Positions 12,201 through 31,092 of a stretch of 64,000 nt of DNA are shown one piece after another. The number at the start of each line of letters is the position of its first letter. Positions within the stretch are counted from its first letter, which is position 1. Where the stretch lies: assembly GCA_964016885.1 (NCBI GenBank), contig OZ024743.1:184326001-184390000 (forward strand), written 5' to 3'. Both the position numbers and the translations under genes were made by a program. Under the pieces are notes generated by a model, which was not told the DNA's origin, made no database searches, and worked only from the letters and a program-made list of their open reading frames with translations. This DNA comes from Eledone cirrhosa. Lineage: Eukaryota.

Positions 12201-12225
12201 TTTGTTTGTTTGTTAATGGCAGCAA
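9205..12225 (-). CDS. LINE ORF2: apurinic-like endonuclease + reverse transcriptase (no AUG at its 5' end; frame open from 12342)
   Basis: APE motifs LLNAQGI, ALTETHL, GDFN, LDLIF, SDH; RT motifs YRPISLTS, QHGF, DFSKAFD, GVPQGTVLGP, FADD; 1006 aa uninterrupted. Confidence 0.96.
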   Translation of the reverse strand: MLPLTNKQINNTPKQLKPSTLASTFLLNAQGISPSTNTQKWKIKFLEDWIDVHPNHIPFFALTETHLSNLHLEAEVKVKNFKAIRADRAGRRKGGTAIYVHNSFSTEAMNIFTNGYCEAVTVFSQTNNLIVVGLYRPPQTPVPCFKECLNSIKCFIQECHPDNILMMGDFNLPGVDWSTNSLPPGSSASTSNREAVESLLDFMDDFFLSQLVLEPTRCHKNVLDLIFSNHTDNIHNIAVEKTLLSDHDMVLCDLRFHRPIYKPNVISPVHPFDAMDFHNANWEAISHDLAHVDWSFTHTHTPTNIKKSWQTFVDTVTNICAKHTPLRTINKSKSRIPRNRKTLIRKIKRTNKKINKLKYSQQQHINLTAISSVEIKKHNLQNNIMSLINNQRRAEEAWAIEKIKLNPKVFFSFAKKHKITGSTVGPLIDENGTLQDNAKTMGEILQKQYCSVFSNPDMADLGCIGDVTPHYTLSDITFGAPAVLAAIKEIKHNSAVGPDRFPACVLKACQHQLASPLANLWRNSLDAGYVPENLLSQSVVPVFKKGNKSLAVNYRPISLTSHIIKVFERVVRSRMTHFLESNNMLNSNQHGFRNGRDCLTQLLHHFDDILRALGEGSNTDVIYLDFSKAFDRVDHNILLRKLSNIGVTGKLLQWIKSFLSNRTQHVVVEGVKSSPAKVSSGVPQGTVLGPLLFIIYINDITDIIKHSNIKIFADDSKLQKVINGVDDRISFQSDLLAVTQWAEKNNMLLNEDKFELIHFGKEDALKLPYSLPSGETLVASNNTRDLGVTVDSNISWATHISSKVDMARRMCPWILRTFQSRDSHTIILLFSTFARPHLEYCCPLWSPHTKQSIMKLEAPQRAITKKIDGMSDLDYWGRLENLKLYSLQRRGERYIICMMWKMFHHHCPNDVGIAFKIHPRLGPRAIRPIQKSKSQLITTIRHNYFTSIGPALFNITPGHVKTETDHTKFKKSLDKFLQVIPDKPPTPGYVAANSNSLLEWAMVPKS

Positions 12226-13358
12226 TGGGAGTTTGTGCAGTGGGGTGATAGTGGAGGGTGGTGCTGGGTGATAGCTCGAATGTTTTTTTCCAGTTCTTTT
12301 GCCAGATTCATTATGGCTAAAAAAGAGGAAGAGGTTTCCTGTTTAGAAGACTGTTGGTGACTGTGGTAGTGGTTATTTTTATGTAGGTTATGGTTTTTGT
12401 TTTTGCTTTTATTTTTAATTTTATTTTCATTTGTCCGACGTGTCCCCGGGAGATGGGTAAAGGGACAATCCCGGTCTAAACACAATCTGTCTCGCAGGGA
12501 AAAGCGGCAGATTTGTGGATTCCTTGTTTGAGTTATTGGTGGTTGTGTTGGTGTTAAATTAGAGTATGTATTATGGTGGTGGCTGTTTGTGGGGATAGAT
12601 CGTTTTGTCCTAGGTAAATGGGTGAATTTGCAGCCACTATCCGTACATATTCTATAGCGTAGAGAGTAGCGGCAAATGATGGGGTTTCGAGTGGGTGGGT
12701 ATGTGGGTGTGTGTGTTGTGAGAGGTGTAGATGATGGTTTGAGTAGGATTTGACGACCTTTGTGGACTGTGGGAGGGAGAGTTCTTGTTCTGGTATTAGA
12801 AGGTAAATTCCTTGAAATAGCAGTAGCCAAAGATGTTGTAGTAGTAGGCAGAGAATATGTTGGCAGTGGTGATGATTGGACTGCTGGGCCAGAGAAAGGA
12901 TGTGGCGTTTCCTGCTGTGAGACAGAGGCTACTGGGAGGTCAATAGTTTCATTTAGTAGATCGGCCATTGTTGATGAATCAAGGAGTGCTTCACACTGTT
13001 GTTGTTGTTGTCGTTGTTGTTGTTGCTGTTGTTGATGTTGTTGTTGTATCTGTTGTTGTTGTTGCCGTTGTAGCTGCTGTTGTTGTTGTTGCTGCTGCTG
13101 GACAGCATTCGAAGAAAAAACACACCGTAGTTTATCCAAATGTTTATTGATTAATTTAAAAGCAATTTCGATTTGCTTTAATTTATTTTGAATCTGTTGT
13201 TCAGATCGAGTTTTCAAAAGTTGAACTGTACGTTTAGCAATGTCGTTCAGAGATGAAGCATCTATGTCTTCTGTTTGGGTAAGGCAATGCCATGTGTTTA
13301 TTAGAATGTCGATTTCATTATCAGACCAGTTCTGTTTGGATTTTTGCTGGTTAGCCAT
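12213..13358 (-). CDS. LINE ORF1 (~381 aa from first ATG): Myb/SANT-like N-terminus, polyQ, two CCCH zinc fingers
   Basis: NWSDNEIDILINTW; Q-tract; CRYSLRYRICTDSGCKFTH and CRFSLRDRLCLDRDCPFTH; lies upstream of and overlaps ORF2. Confidence 0.85.
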   Translation of the reverse strand: MANQQKSKQNWSDNEIDILINTWHCLTQTEDIDASSLNDIAKRTVQLLKTRSEQQIQNKLKQIEIAFKLINKHLDKLRCVFSSNAVQQQQQQQQQLQRQQQQQIQQQHQQQQQQQRQQQQQCEALLDSSTMADLLNETIDLPVASVSQQETPHPFSGPAVQSSPLPTYSLPTTTTSLATAISRNLPSNTRTRTLPPTVHKGRQILLKPSSTPLTTHTPTYPPTRNPIICRYSLRYRICTDSGCKFTHLPRTKRSIPTNSHHHNTYSNLTPTQPPITQTRNPQICRFSLRDRLCLDRDCPFTHLPGTRRTNENKIKNKSKNKNHNLHKNNHYHSHQQSSKQETSSSFLAIMNLAKELEKNIRAITQHHPPLSPHCTNSHCCH

Positions 13359-13479
13359 TCTAGTTTTGAGTGTGTGTGTTTTAGTTAAGTATTTCAATAT
13401 ATATATTTTTTTTTTATTATTTATTTTTGTTTTTTGTTTTTCTTGTGTGTGGGTGAGAAGAGTATATATATAAATATGA

Positions 13480-13555
<76 letters not shown>

Positions 13556-13790
13556 GTATATTCTGGTTATTTGAAATTAATTAAATTAATGAAAAGACGA
13601 AAGTATATAATAATAATTTGTAGTTAAAGGAAAATGTACTCACAAGTTGGAAAACACGTGGTTTCAAATATATAATAATATAGATGTATGTAAATGTATT
13701 AACCGGTCAATTTTTGTTTGTTTGGTTTTGTTTTGTGGTTTTGTTTTGTGGCTGTGTGACTTGCTGCTTACTCGGGGAGAGAAGTAAAAA

Positions 13791-13820
13791 CACGTCCTTA
13801 TACTTCAACTGCTCAACTGC
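13791..13820 (-). promoter_or_regulatory. Candidate LINE internal Pol II promoter (Inr-like CAGTT plus DPE-like GGACGTG)
   Basis: Minus strand gCAGTTgagCAGTTgaagtataaGGACGTG immediately after the (TA)n tract; spacing is shorter than the canonical +28. Confidence 0.4.
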
Positions 13821-16756
<2,936 letters not shown>

Positions 16757-17036
16757 TATATACACTGATAATTGCAATTGTATGTAAATATTTTGTTTTT
16801 GTATTGTATATTTTATGTTTTCTATTATGTATAATATATTGATTTAATATTGATTGTTTTTTGTAGTTGTTTATATTAAAAAGTCTGAAAATATTTTTAT
16901 ACATCTTACACTAATATTTATAAGATAATTTATAATAACAATTACATAATCTAATTACATTACAACGATAATTTATTATTAATATATATCCTGTTTAACT
17001 AGAGTTATTACAAGCGTTGCCTTAAAAAAATATTAA

Positions 17037-17993
17037 ACTAGACATGAAAAATGCGCAAGCTCAAAAGTGCCACAGAATGTTATAATAAACCTTCAAAAGT
17101 GTGGGACTAGAGTTGTTGCTAAAAAATATTGTAATCATTATATATCGTACATTCTGTGGCATCCTTTATAAAAATAGCTTAAACCAACGAAGCCTTTATT
17201 TTTACGCTATTTCACTTAGTTAATTCTTAGAGTGTAACATATAAAAATAAATACATCTATGTTTAATGTAATAACAGCTATAAATAATTACGTAATATTA
17301 TTATCATATACTCATAGTAACAAAATAATTGTGTTGAAACTTAATATGATGCTTATATGAACGATCAAATCTATAATGATAATTTCTTAAATATACTAAT
17401 AGTAAAATAATTTAGTTATCTATTGTTACATTTTCATAGAACTATAATATTAACAATCGTATTGCATTATCAAATTTTTATCACTACAAACTTTCATATT
17501 GGAATTACCTTAAGCCACTTATTATTACTTCGCTTTCGTACTTTTACAGCTGTAGATATTGCGCTGTATCTTATATCTAATATCAATATCTCGTGGTAAT
17601 TTGCATGAAGTGTAAAATAGGTTTATTAATAACTTTAATATGAAATGTATTATACAGGGCTGCGGAGTCGGCCAAAAATTGACTGGCTCCAACTCAGGAT
17701 CCGATACTCCATTATTTCCTAAATTTCAGCTCCGCAGCTCTGTTATTATATTAATTAATTTATTTTATAGTTGTAAATGATATTTTTATATGTTACACTC
17801 TAAGAATTAACTAAGTGAAATAGCGTAAAAATAAAGGCTTCGTTGGTTTAAGCTATTTTTATAAAGGATGCCACAGAATGTACGATATATAATGATTACA
17901 ATATTTTTTAGCAACAACTCTAGTCCCACACTTTTGAAGGTTTATTATAACATTCTGTGGCACTTTTGAGCTTGCGCATTTTTCATGTCTAGT
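17037..17993. repeat. ~213-bp inverted repeat pair (17037-17249 / 17781-17993)
   Basis: actagacatgaaaaatgcgc...ataaaaata vs tatttttatatg...catgtctagt. Confidence 0.9.
17655..17742. mobile_element. Small MITE-like element with 13-bp terminal inverted repeats
   Basis: cagggctgcggag...ctccgcagctctg (1 mismatch), a GC-rich island in AT-rich DNA. Confidence 0.5.
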
Positions 17994-17998
17994 ATATA

Positions 17999-18872
<874 letters not shown>

Positions 18873-18895
18873 ATATATATATACATATATATACA

Positions 18896-18979
<84 letters not shown>

Positions 18980-19126
18980 TGTTCTAATCCACCATATTTC
19001 ACTTATAACGCGATAGTATAGCCGCACATGTGTATCTTGTGCATTTGCATGTGTGGTTGTATGTGTACTCCCGCGCGTGGGTATACATATGTATATATTA
19101 TTGTATTGCTTTACTTTACTAGGTGG

Positions 19127-19313
19127 ATTGGCAGTATCAGTAGAGGGTTGGACGTAATGCTTTGACGCATAGAGTTACGCCCCTTTCAATTCTGAGTTCA
19201 AATCCCGCCGAGGTTAACTTTACCTTTCATTCTTATAGGGTCGATAGAATAAAGTACCAGTAATGCACTGGGTAATTGCTGGCCTTGTGCCAAAAGTAGA
19301 AACAATTATTATT
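19127..19313 (+). mobile_element. tRNA-derived SINE
   Basis: ggcagtatcagtagag...ctgaGTTCAAATCCcgcc...aaagtaccagt...ggccttgtgcc...(att)n tail; homologs at 29188, 25095 and 270. Confidence 0.8.
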
Positions 19314-19527
19314 GTTTTATTTTTCTGTTTGCTTATCTTTTCTTTATCATAAATTTTATTGGGACATATATATATACCTATATAGTATGTTTATATGTGT
19401 GTATATATTTATATGTATGTGTATGTGTATACATACAAGTGTGTGTGTATATGTGTGTGTGTGTGTATGTGTGTGTGTGCGTATACGTGTATGGATGTGT
19501 ATAAATGTATGTATGTATGTGTGAGGG

Positions 19528-19564
<37 letters not shown>

Positions 19565-19676
19565 ATGCGGATGTGCGTGTGTATATATTTATATTTGTGT
19601 GTGTACGGGTATGGATGTGTATGTATATAGTGGCTATATGCATATGTATGAGTATATACGCACATGCATGTATGCA

Positions 19677-19719
<43 letters not shown>

Positions 19720-19868
19720 GACAGGGGTTGTTCGCATATGTATGTGTGTGTGTGTGTCTGTATTGGATGTGTTAGTATACGTATGGGTGCAAGTCCATAT
19801 GAGTATATATGTATGGACACCTATGTATATTTACATATTTTTGTATAGGTATGTGCGTGGATATCTAC

Positions 19869-19904
<36 letters not shown>

Positions 19905-20126
19905 ATGTAGATGTATATATATATATATACGTGTGTGCGTATATATATGTATGATTGGATTCTTGTATGTGTGTCTGTATATATACGTGTGTATAAATAT
20001 AATCTGAGTTTTTCGAATATTAATAATAATATTCGATTCGTTTGCAATTATGCAAACAGCCTCTTTTTTAAAGCCATGTCAGTAGAATGAGCCCCTCATT
20101 CTTGCTCTTGTGTTGGCATGTAAACA

Positions 20127-20176
20127 GAACTGCAGACACTAATGTTTCTGGGTATTACCCTTCATCAGTGCAGTTC
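20127..20176 (-). ncRNA. Type I hammerhead ribozyme in a ~340-bp element bounded by 31-bp inverted repeats (20000-20030 / 20308-20338)
   Basis: Minus strand gaactgca-CTGATGA-a gggt aat accc a-GAAA-cat ta gtg-TC-tgcagttc; 8-bp stem I; GUC triplet. Confidence 0.88.
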
Positions 20177-20386
20177 ACTGTTCACCTGCCATCTGTCAGA
20201 GCTAGTGAAAACATATATTTTCTAAAATATACAGTGACTGGTCGGCCTTATTTACATATTAGCAGAGGGCTGATCAGTCAGATCTGCATATTAGTAGATC
20301 CACTGACATTATTATTAATATTCGAAAAACTCAGATTACATTTATTGTATTCAGCCATCTAGAGCGATAATTTTAAATTTATTTAC

Positions 20387-23457
<3,071 letters not shown>

Positions 23458-23510
23458 CCCAGCATGGCCTCAGTCGGATGGCTGGAACAGGTAAAAGAGT
23501 AAAAGAGAGA

Positions 23511-23542
<32 letters not shown>

Positions 23543-24040
23543 ATTTATATGTATGTGTGTATGTAGGTGTGTGTGAGTAAGTATGTATGTAGATGCGGAC
23601 ACATATAGGGTGGTCGTGTACGTGTGTGCCTACATCTATGTGTATACGTGAGTATGTGTAGGTATTTGTGCAAGACCAAGTATGGGTGTTTGCGTGTATA
23701 TATGGGTGAGTGTATGTATGTATATATATAGGTGTGTGTGTGTGTGTGTGTATATGTATATATATATATATATATAAATATGTGTATGTGTATATATATA
23801 TATCTATGGGTATATATGGATGTGTGTGTATATATATAGGTGTGTGTGTGTGTATGTATATATATATAAATATGTGTATGTGTGTGTATATATATATATG
23901 TGTATATATGGATGTGTGTGTATATATATATAGGTGTGTGTGTGTGTGTATGTATATATATATATATATATATATATCAATATGTGTATGTGTATATATA
24001 TCTATGGGTATATATGGATGCGTGTGTATATACATATATA

Positions 24041-26200
24041 ATTCAAGAAATAAGAGTAACATGGTTGGCTGATAAGGGCTTTATTCACAGAAAAACTATA
24101 AAACTTTTATACTCAACTGCAGCCAACATAGAATCGCACATACGTAAGATCAACCACAAAAATATCTCTAAGGAAATAACCCCACCAATAAACAACATAG
24201 TACCAGATACAAAACAGATACACATAACAGTATCACAACCACAAACGCATCTGAACATACCACAGCAAAAATTCAATAGGCATGAATCGCAACCCACACA
24301 ACAATTTACAAAACCTCAATGTGAAAGCTGCACGGAATAATACCTCAAACTGCAATTGCCACCTGCCAGATAAGTGCCCATTAGGGAATAGGTGCCTAGA
24401 TTCTAGCTTAGTGTACATGTGTACTGTAAACTCGGGCAACTCCACCTGGCGCTACATAGGATCCACTGCGGGTGATTTTTAAAAAAAGGTGGTATGTCCA
24501 CAGACATTCTATGAAGAACCGCGCACTGGTGAATTCTACAACCCTCGCCAATAAAATCTGGCAACTTAAGGACAAAAACCTTGATTACAATATTAGCTGG
24601 TCAAAATTAGCAGCCGCAAAGGTCTATAGCAGCGGTATGTCCCATTGCGGGCTCTGCAACCTTGAATTGCTACATATCTTAAGATACGATAAAATGCTAC
24701 TTAAGAGCAAAATAGAAAAGTCAATTTTCTGCAATCATAGGATTGCGACTAAATTTACGAGATTTAAACCACTGTGATTAGAACCAGCATCCTCAAAATT
24801 AATGGAAAACCACTTAGACATTAACATATAAAATCCGCGTTCTCACACAGCCTATTTCAGAACCATAAATTTCTATAAACACCTTCCAGCCTCCCTCCAT
24901 CTATACCACCAAGATAGGACGGCAATGTCTACAAACATTTACCAATTATCTTGTCAGCCCATAAATCAATCTCGTCTTTGCTGTTGTTTATTCTTTCGGA
25001 CCACACAATTATATCTACATATCTCATATTGCACCCATGATCTCTAACAGATGAACTTAATTCTAAGTACATTATCCTATTACTTTTACACTCCTTTGAA
25101 ACTCTTATTATTATAATTATCAATTTGGGTGGGAGGGAAAAGTCGATGAAATTGACCCAGTGCGTGACTGGTACTTTATTTTATCGACCCCGTAAGGATG
25201 AAAGGCAAAGTAATCCCGCCGAGGTTAACTTTACCTTTCATCCTGACGGGGTCGATAAAATAAAGTGCCAGTCACGCACTGGATCAATTTCATCGACGTT
25301 TCCCTCCCCCCCAAATTGCTGGCCTTGTGCCTAAATAAGAAACCATTATTATAATTATCATCTCAATGCACCCTATCCCTAAATTTATTCATCATGTTCT
25401 CTATCTATTTACCATGCATGTTTTATTGTTGATGTTATTGTCTTAATTATACACTATTTTGTTATTGATGTTGCGAAAACTAAACCCCCATGATTCGAAC
25501 TAGCAATCCCAAAATTTACTGAATTCACAATTTCACTTAATACCAGCTACCAGTAAACCATAAATTTCTATACACCCCCTCCATCAATCTCACTAAGTTG
25601 ATACAACAGGAGAAAATACCTAACACAAGCGCTTATCTGTCAAACCATAAATCAATCTCCGTTTTATTGTTGGTAGGATGTCAGACCCACAGCTCACTTG
25701 TATCTAAATCTCTCATAATTGCACTTAAAGTGTAGATTCCAAAATCTGACTCTAAGTACATTTTATTATTTATCCCTTCATCTAAGTTAATTCATCCCTT
25801 GACTACTACCTCTAATGTACCCTATGGTAGATTTCGCATGTTACTTAATACATCTGTATCATATCTGTTTGTTTACGATGCTTGTTTTATCATTATATTC
25901 TATTTCTTACTTGTATTGATGTTATTGTTTTAATTATTCACTATCTAGTTAGTTTGTTACCGATGTTATTGTTCTGGTCTAACACCACTCTCTTATAAAA
26001 GCCATGCCTTGCATATCATCCTCATATCCGCGCACTCTGATGTATTGACTGGTTGTAAACAAAGTATTGGAGATCGATTGACGCAGCACTAAGCGATTAG
26101 CGAGCTCTAGACCGACCAGATCAACGAAACAATTGTCAGCACTGTGAATAAAGCCCTTATTATACAGCCAGCCATGTTACTCTTATTTCTTGAATTAGTA
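24041..26200 (+). pseudogene. Decayed PLE 3' part (GIY-YIG) with inverted terminal tail and degenerate HHR (26032-26142)
   Basis: CNCHLPDKCPLGNRC..LVYMC..YIGST, then frameshifted ..CGLCNLE; 24041-24090 is an inverted copy of ~26142-26195; ctgatgt...GAAAcaattGTC. Confidence 0.8.
25095..25350. mobile_element. Fold-back pair of SINE 3' halves
   Basis: 25122-25212 is the reverse complement of the SINE segment at 25228-25318 (gtcgataaaataaagt.ccagtcacgcactgg). Confidence 0.75.
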
Positions 26201-26762
26201 TTACTCCAAGTATAACCTACATAGAAATCACCGCGAACTCGCTGCATCACTATGGAAGCGTCTTGTTGAGTCAAACTAAGCCATACGTTAAAACCATCCA
26301 CAACACAGAGTACTCTAACTGGACTACCTCTAAGTGGATTACCTACAACGATAACTTGTTATCTCGTATATATATAATATATATGTGTGTGTATGTGAGC
26401 GGGTGGATATGTGCGCACATACGTATGTGAGTACGTGCATGCCAAATATGTGAATATACATCCGTATTTGTCTTGTCTTTCATGTCCAGTGTATAATTGT
26501 CCCTTTTTCCTCTACCTGTCAACACTAACGCATCCTAAGTATGACTTATAGCCTAACGAACGCTTCAAACAAGTATGGCTGTGGAAGACAGGCAGTCATA
26601 GTCGGGTGAAAGATAGACGTCGTTTTGTAAATAAGCTGATTTTAGGATGAATAACGAACCAATGAGTTGAGACCGCAGAACACCATGTTGTTGGAATGCG
26701 GTAAATATAACAAGGTACTGGATATATTCACACAAAATCAGAGACGAGCTTACATATTGAGG

Positions 26763-26852
26763 CATATCTGAGGATCTTTCGATTCCAAAGTCAGGTTCGA
26801 TCAATAATAGATCGTTCCTCGAGCTGATCGACAGTGAAACATGTGTAATATG
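26763..26852 (+). ncRNA. Type I hammerhead-like motif with long, partly decayed stem II
   Basis: catat-CTGAGGA-tctttcgat...atcgacagt-GAAA-c atgt g-TA-atatg. Confidence 0.65.
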
Positions 26853-26964
26853 TTATGATACAACACTAATTCTTTGTTCCTTTATTCTTATACTATTATA
26901 CTCTGCTCTGCGAGAGCATCGAGTGCTCACCCGGCATACCACCTACGGACGCAATTATCTTTCA

Positions 26965-27001
<37 letters not shown>

Positions 27002-27021
27002 ATTATTATTATTATTATCAT

Positions 27022-27096
<75 letters not shown>

Positions 27097-27605
27097 TTGA
27101 TGTACTGGAGCTAGACATATTGTTGTCTTTAATGCGTAGAAATGTCCGTGATCTCCAGCAGACAATTGATGAAGGGAAATTATCCCCCGTTCGTGCTTTC
27201 CTCTTATTTATAAATACACTTTATCCAGCAACCACTCAGCCCCTGTTTCTTCTAAAAAAAATTTATTTATATATATATATAGAAGTTGGTGGTTCACTAC
27301 TGGATATAACTAGTCATTCCGTATAGTTAACCATGACACAATATTATCAAAAGCGCTCAACGTAACGCAACTCTTTGGTGTAAGATTCTGTTGGCGGTGT
27401 GGATTTAAATATTATTGAATAAAGTGACAAGAGTCCGGAAAGTTGAGAATCCTTTAAAGTATTTATTTCTGCAGACACTATGTATATTTCAATGGCCAGT
27501 ATAATTCCAGCGACATCATATATGCATGTGCGCATGGGCATTGCTGATTTTGTTTTCGTCCGTTGTCTTGTATTCTCTTTGTTAATTTTCTTAAGTTTAT
27601 ATATA

Positions 27606-28035
27606 TACTAGCAGAGGTACCCGGCGTTGCTCGGGTAATAAATAGCAGTTATGTATACCATTTATGTCAATACTTCAGTGCTGCTTCGAAAACTATACTT
27701 TTACAAAATCATCGGCTTTTTCTCAAAGGGGGTTCCTGTCCCCAGGGGTCCCCTACTCAATATGTGCCAATTCTGAGAGTTCACATTCATCTGTAGAACA
27801 AACGTAGCCCATGTGTCAAGTTTTGTGAAAATCGGTTGCGAACTCCAGAAGTTATGACGTTTTGTTGCATTGCACTGCAGTTCTTCAGTCGACTCCAAGG
27901 AAGTGGTTAAAGGGGGTTATCTACCGGGAGGCCCTATAATCAATATCTGGAAAAATGAAAGTGCCCATGACCATCCGGAGTAGATAAGTAACCTATGTCT
28001 TAAGTTTGGTGAAAATACTTTAGAAATGCATAAGG
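27606..28035. mobile_element. Possible Helitron/Helentron-type non-autonomous element
   Basis: Starts tactagcagaggtacccggcgttgctcggg (sub-terminal hairpin), contains aagttt.gtgaaaat repeats and ends in a microsatellite; resemblance only. Confidence 0.4.
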
Positions 28036-28483
28036 CTTGTGCGTGCGTGCGTGCGTGCGTACGCGTGTGTGTGTGTTTGTGTGTGTGTATATGTTTGTGT
28101 GTGCGTATGTATATGTATGTGTATGTCCGTCGGCGCATACGTATGTACTGGCCTAAATCTTCATTATTTACTTTTACTATTTTAATAACCTCTGTCATTT
28201 TCGTTTTCAATTTTATTTACATCATTCTTAAACTCCGGGGCTGGAAATCATTCTGTTATTTTAAATAGAATATTAGTCTAACGACTCCATTTATACCATA
28301 AACTTGGTCTTGTCTTTGCATGAAATTGTTCTTCTCAGTCCACATAACGACGTATTATCCTCACTTTTTTTCCCGTTCATTGCCAGGGAACGTCTTCACG
28401 AACCAAAATATCGTCTTCCTGTTTTCCTTCGGTCGCAACGTTTCTCGAAATATTTACTTCTGCGTTCACAGATTAATTTTTTT

Positions 28484-29074
<591 letters not shown>

Positions 29075-29187
29075 TTAATCTGTTATTTTAATAAATATTT
29101 GCTCTACGGTTCTTATATATTTGATATATATTTATCCTTATCGAGCCCTCTTTGGATTTTAGTCTTCAAATTTATTATTATTACTAT

Positions 29188-29365
29188 TGGCAGTATCGGT
29201 AGAGGGTCGGACGCCATGCTTTGAAGCATAGAATTACGTCCCTTTACGATCTGAGTTCAAATCCCGCCGAGGTTGACTTTGCCTTTCATCCTTACGGGGT
29301 CGATGAAATAAAGTACCAGTAATGCACTGGGTAATTGCTGGCCTTGTGCCTAAAGTAGAAACAAT

Positions 29366-29370
<5 letters not shown>
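29188..29370 (+). mobile_element. tRNA-derived SINE
   Basis: Closely similar to 19127-19313. Confidence 0.8.
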
Positions 29371-29406
<36 letters not shown>

Positions 29407-29424
29407 TACATATATATATGTATC

Positions 29425-31034
29425 TGTCCACCGCTCCACCACCCACACCCCACGCCCCCGCACTCCGACCCATGTCTCCCCTTCCTCCTCACCTACCACC
29501 CCTCCACCGCACCATCCTCTGCCTCTTCCGGCGCCTCCAGCTCGACCCGTCCACCTCCCCCATCTTCCTACCCCACACCTCCCCTCCTTCAACCGCGCGC
29601 GCAATCTCCGCTCCCTCCTCGTCCGCAGCGCCCTACACCCCAACCCCCGTCCCACTCTCTCTCTGTCATGCATGACTTCCGCTGCACCTCGTCTACGGAC
29701 TTCGCTGCACGGAGTGCAGCGCAACCTACGTCGGACAGACCGGACGTCGCCTGGCGGATCGATTCACGGAGCACCTCCGAGATATTCGTCTCGGCGGCAG
29801 TTCTCCTATCGCCCACCACCTCACCGTCTGTGGCCTGATCCAATGGTATGGGACCCCCGCCACCCGCCTCACGGTCGAGCAACACACCATCTTCACCCTA
29901 CAGACCCACACACCCCCAGCCTGAACTCCCCCACTCCTCTTCTTTTAGCCTTCGACGCCCCCCCCCACACATCCCCTGCTAATACCACTAAAACACTCCC
30001 TAGTTTCACTGTCCCCTCCACTTCCAGCCATCCCCCACCCCCTTGGCCCACCCCACAACAAATAATATTAACACCCCCACCCCCTGTCCCACCCCACAAC
30101 TAATAATACTAACACCCCACCCCTCCCCACACCCACCAGTACATATATACACACACTCACACTATTCACACACCCTACTACCACCACTAACCCCCACCTA
30201 CTCCACACCCACATGCCACCACTAACCCCCACTCACACACCCGCATTCAACCCCTCCCCCACCACCAGTAATACTAACACCCACTCTACCACACACACAC
30301 ACACACACTCATATCCAAACACACACAAACACTCCCTCCTACAGTCCCCAGCACCTTCTCCCCCCCCCCTCACAAACACATCCCACTAACACCTCCACTA
30401 ATATACACCGCCCCTCCCCACCACCACCCTCTCCCTCAACCTTTCACACATACCCATCTCTTCCCCTGTTCACCGCACCTCCGCACACACATACACACAT
30501 TCCACACCACATACAGACCATCACTACACCTGTCAGCCTCCTCACTACTTTGCCTGCTGTCACCTTCCTACTGCTATCTCATTCCTCCCTCCCACCTCCT
30601 TCGCCCTGCCTTAACCCTCTGACCACTTCCTGTTGCGCGCGCACCCCACAACTCTCCACTTCCTCAATACTCTACCAAGGATTTTGCACCACCAGTCCAC
30701 CGCTCCAGCCATCGACCATGCTACACTCGGAATCTTCAACATCCGTTCCTATAGTCCGTGGAAAAACATCCCGGAACACACACACACACACAAACACTTA
30801 CACTATTTTCGCACCACGCAACCATACATCCACACCACACAAAAATACACACACACGTGCGTATCCTCACATACACACACTCAACCTCCGGACACCACAC
30901 GTCCCCTCTCCCCACCCCATCTGACCCCTCCCCATCCACACGCACACCGACCTATACCCCACCCCATGTACACACCGGTTTCCCTATTACCCGAACATGG
31001 AACCTCATTCTTCTCCCAACTCTCACATTCACAT

Positions 31035-31092
<58 letters not shown>

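Larger units (their letters stand above)
9117..13820 (-). mobile_element. Apparently full-length non-LTR retrotransposon (APE-RT LINE, CR1/L2-group-like)
   Basis: ORF1 + ORF2; short 3' UTR ending in (caaagttat)-type repeats; putative 5' UTR to 13820; (TA)n at both ends. Confidence 0.9.

Noticed and set aside
9212-13473. Antisense and alternate-frame ORFs over the LINE (likewise over the PLE ORFs)
   Set aside because: Shadow frames with no independent motifs
27160-27190. ttgatgaagggaaattatccc HHR-like start
   Set aside because: GAAA and stem III are missing
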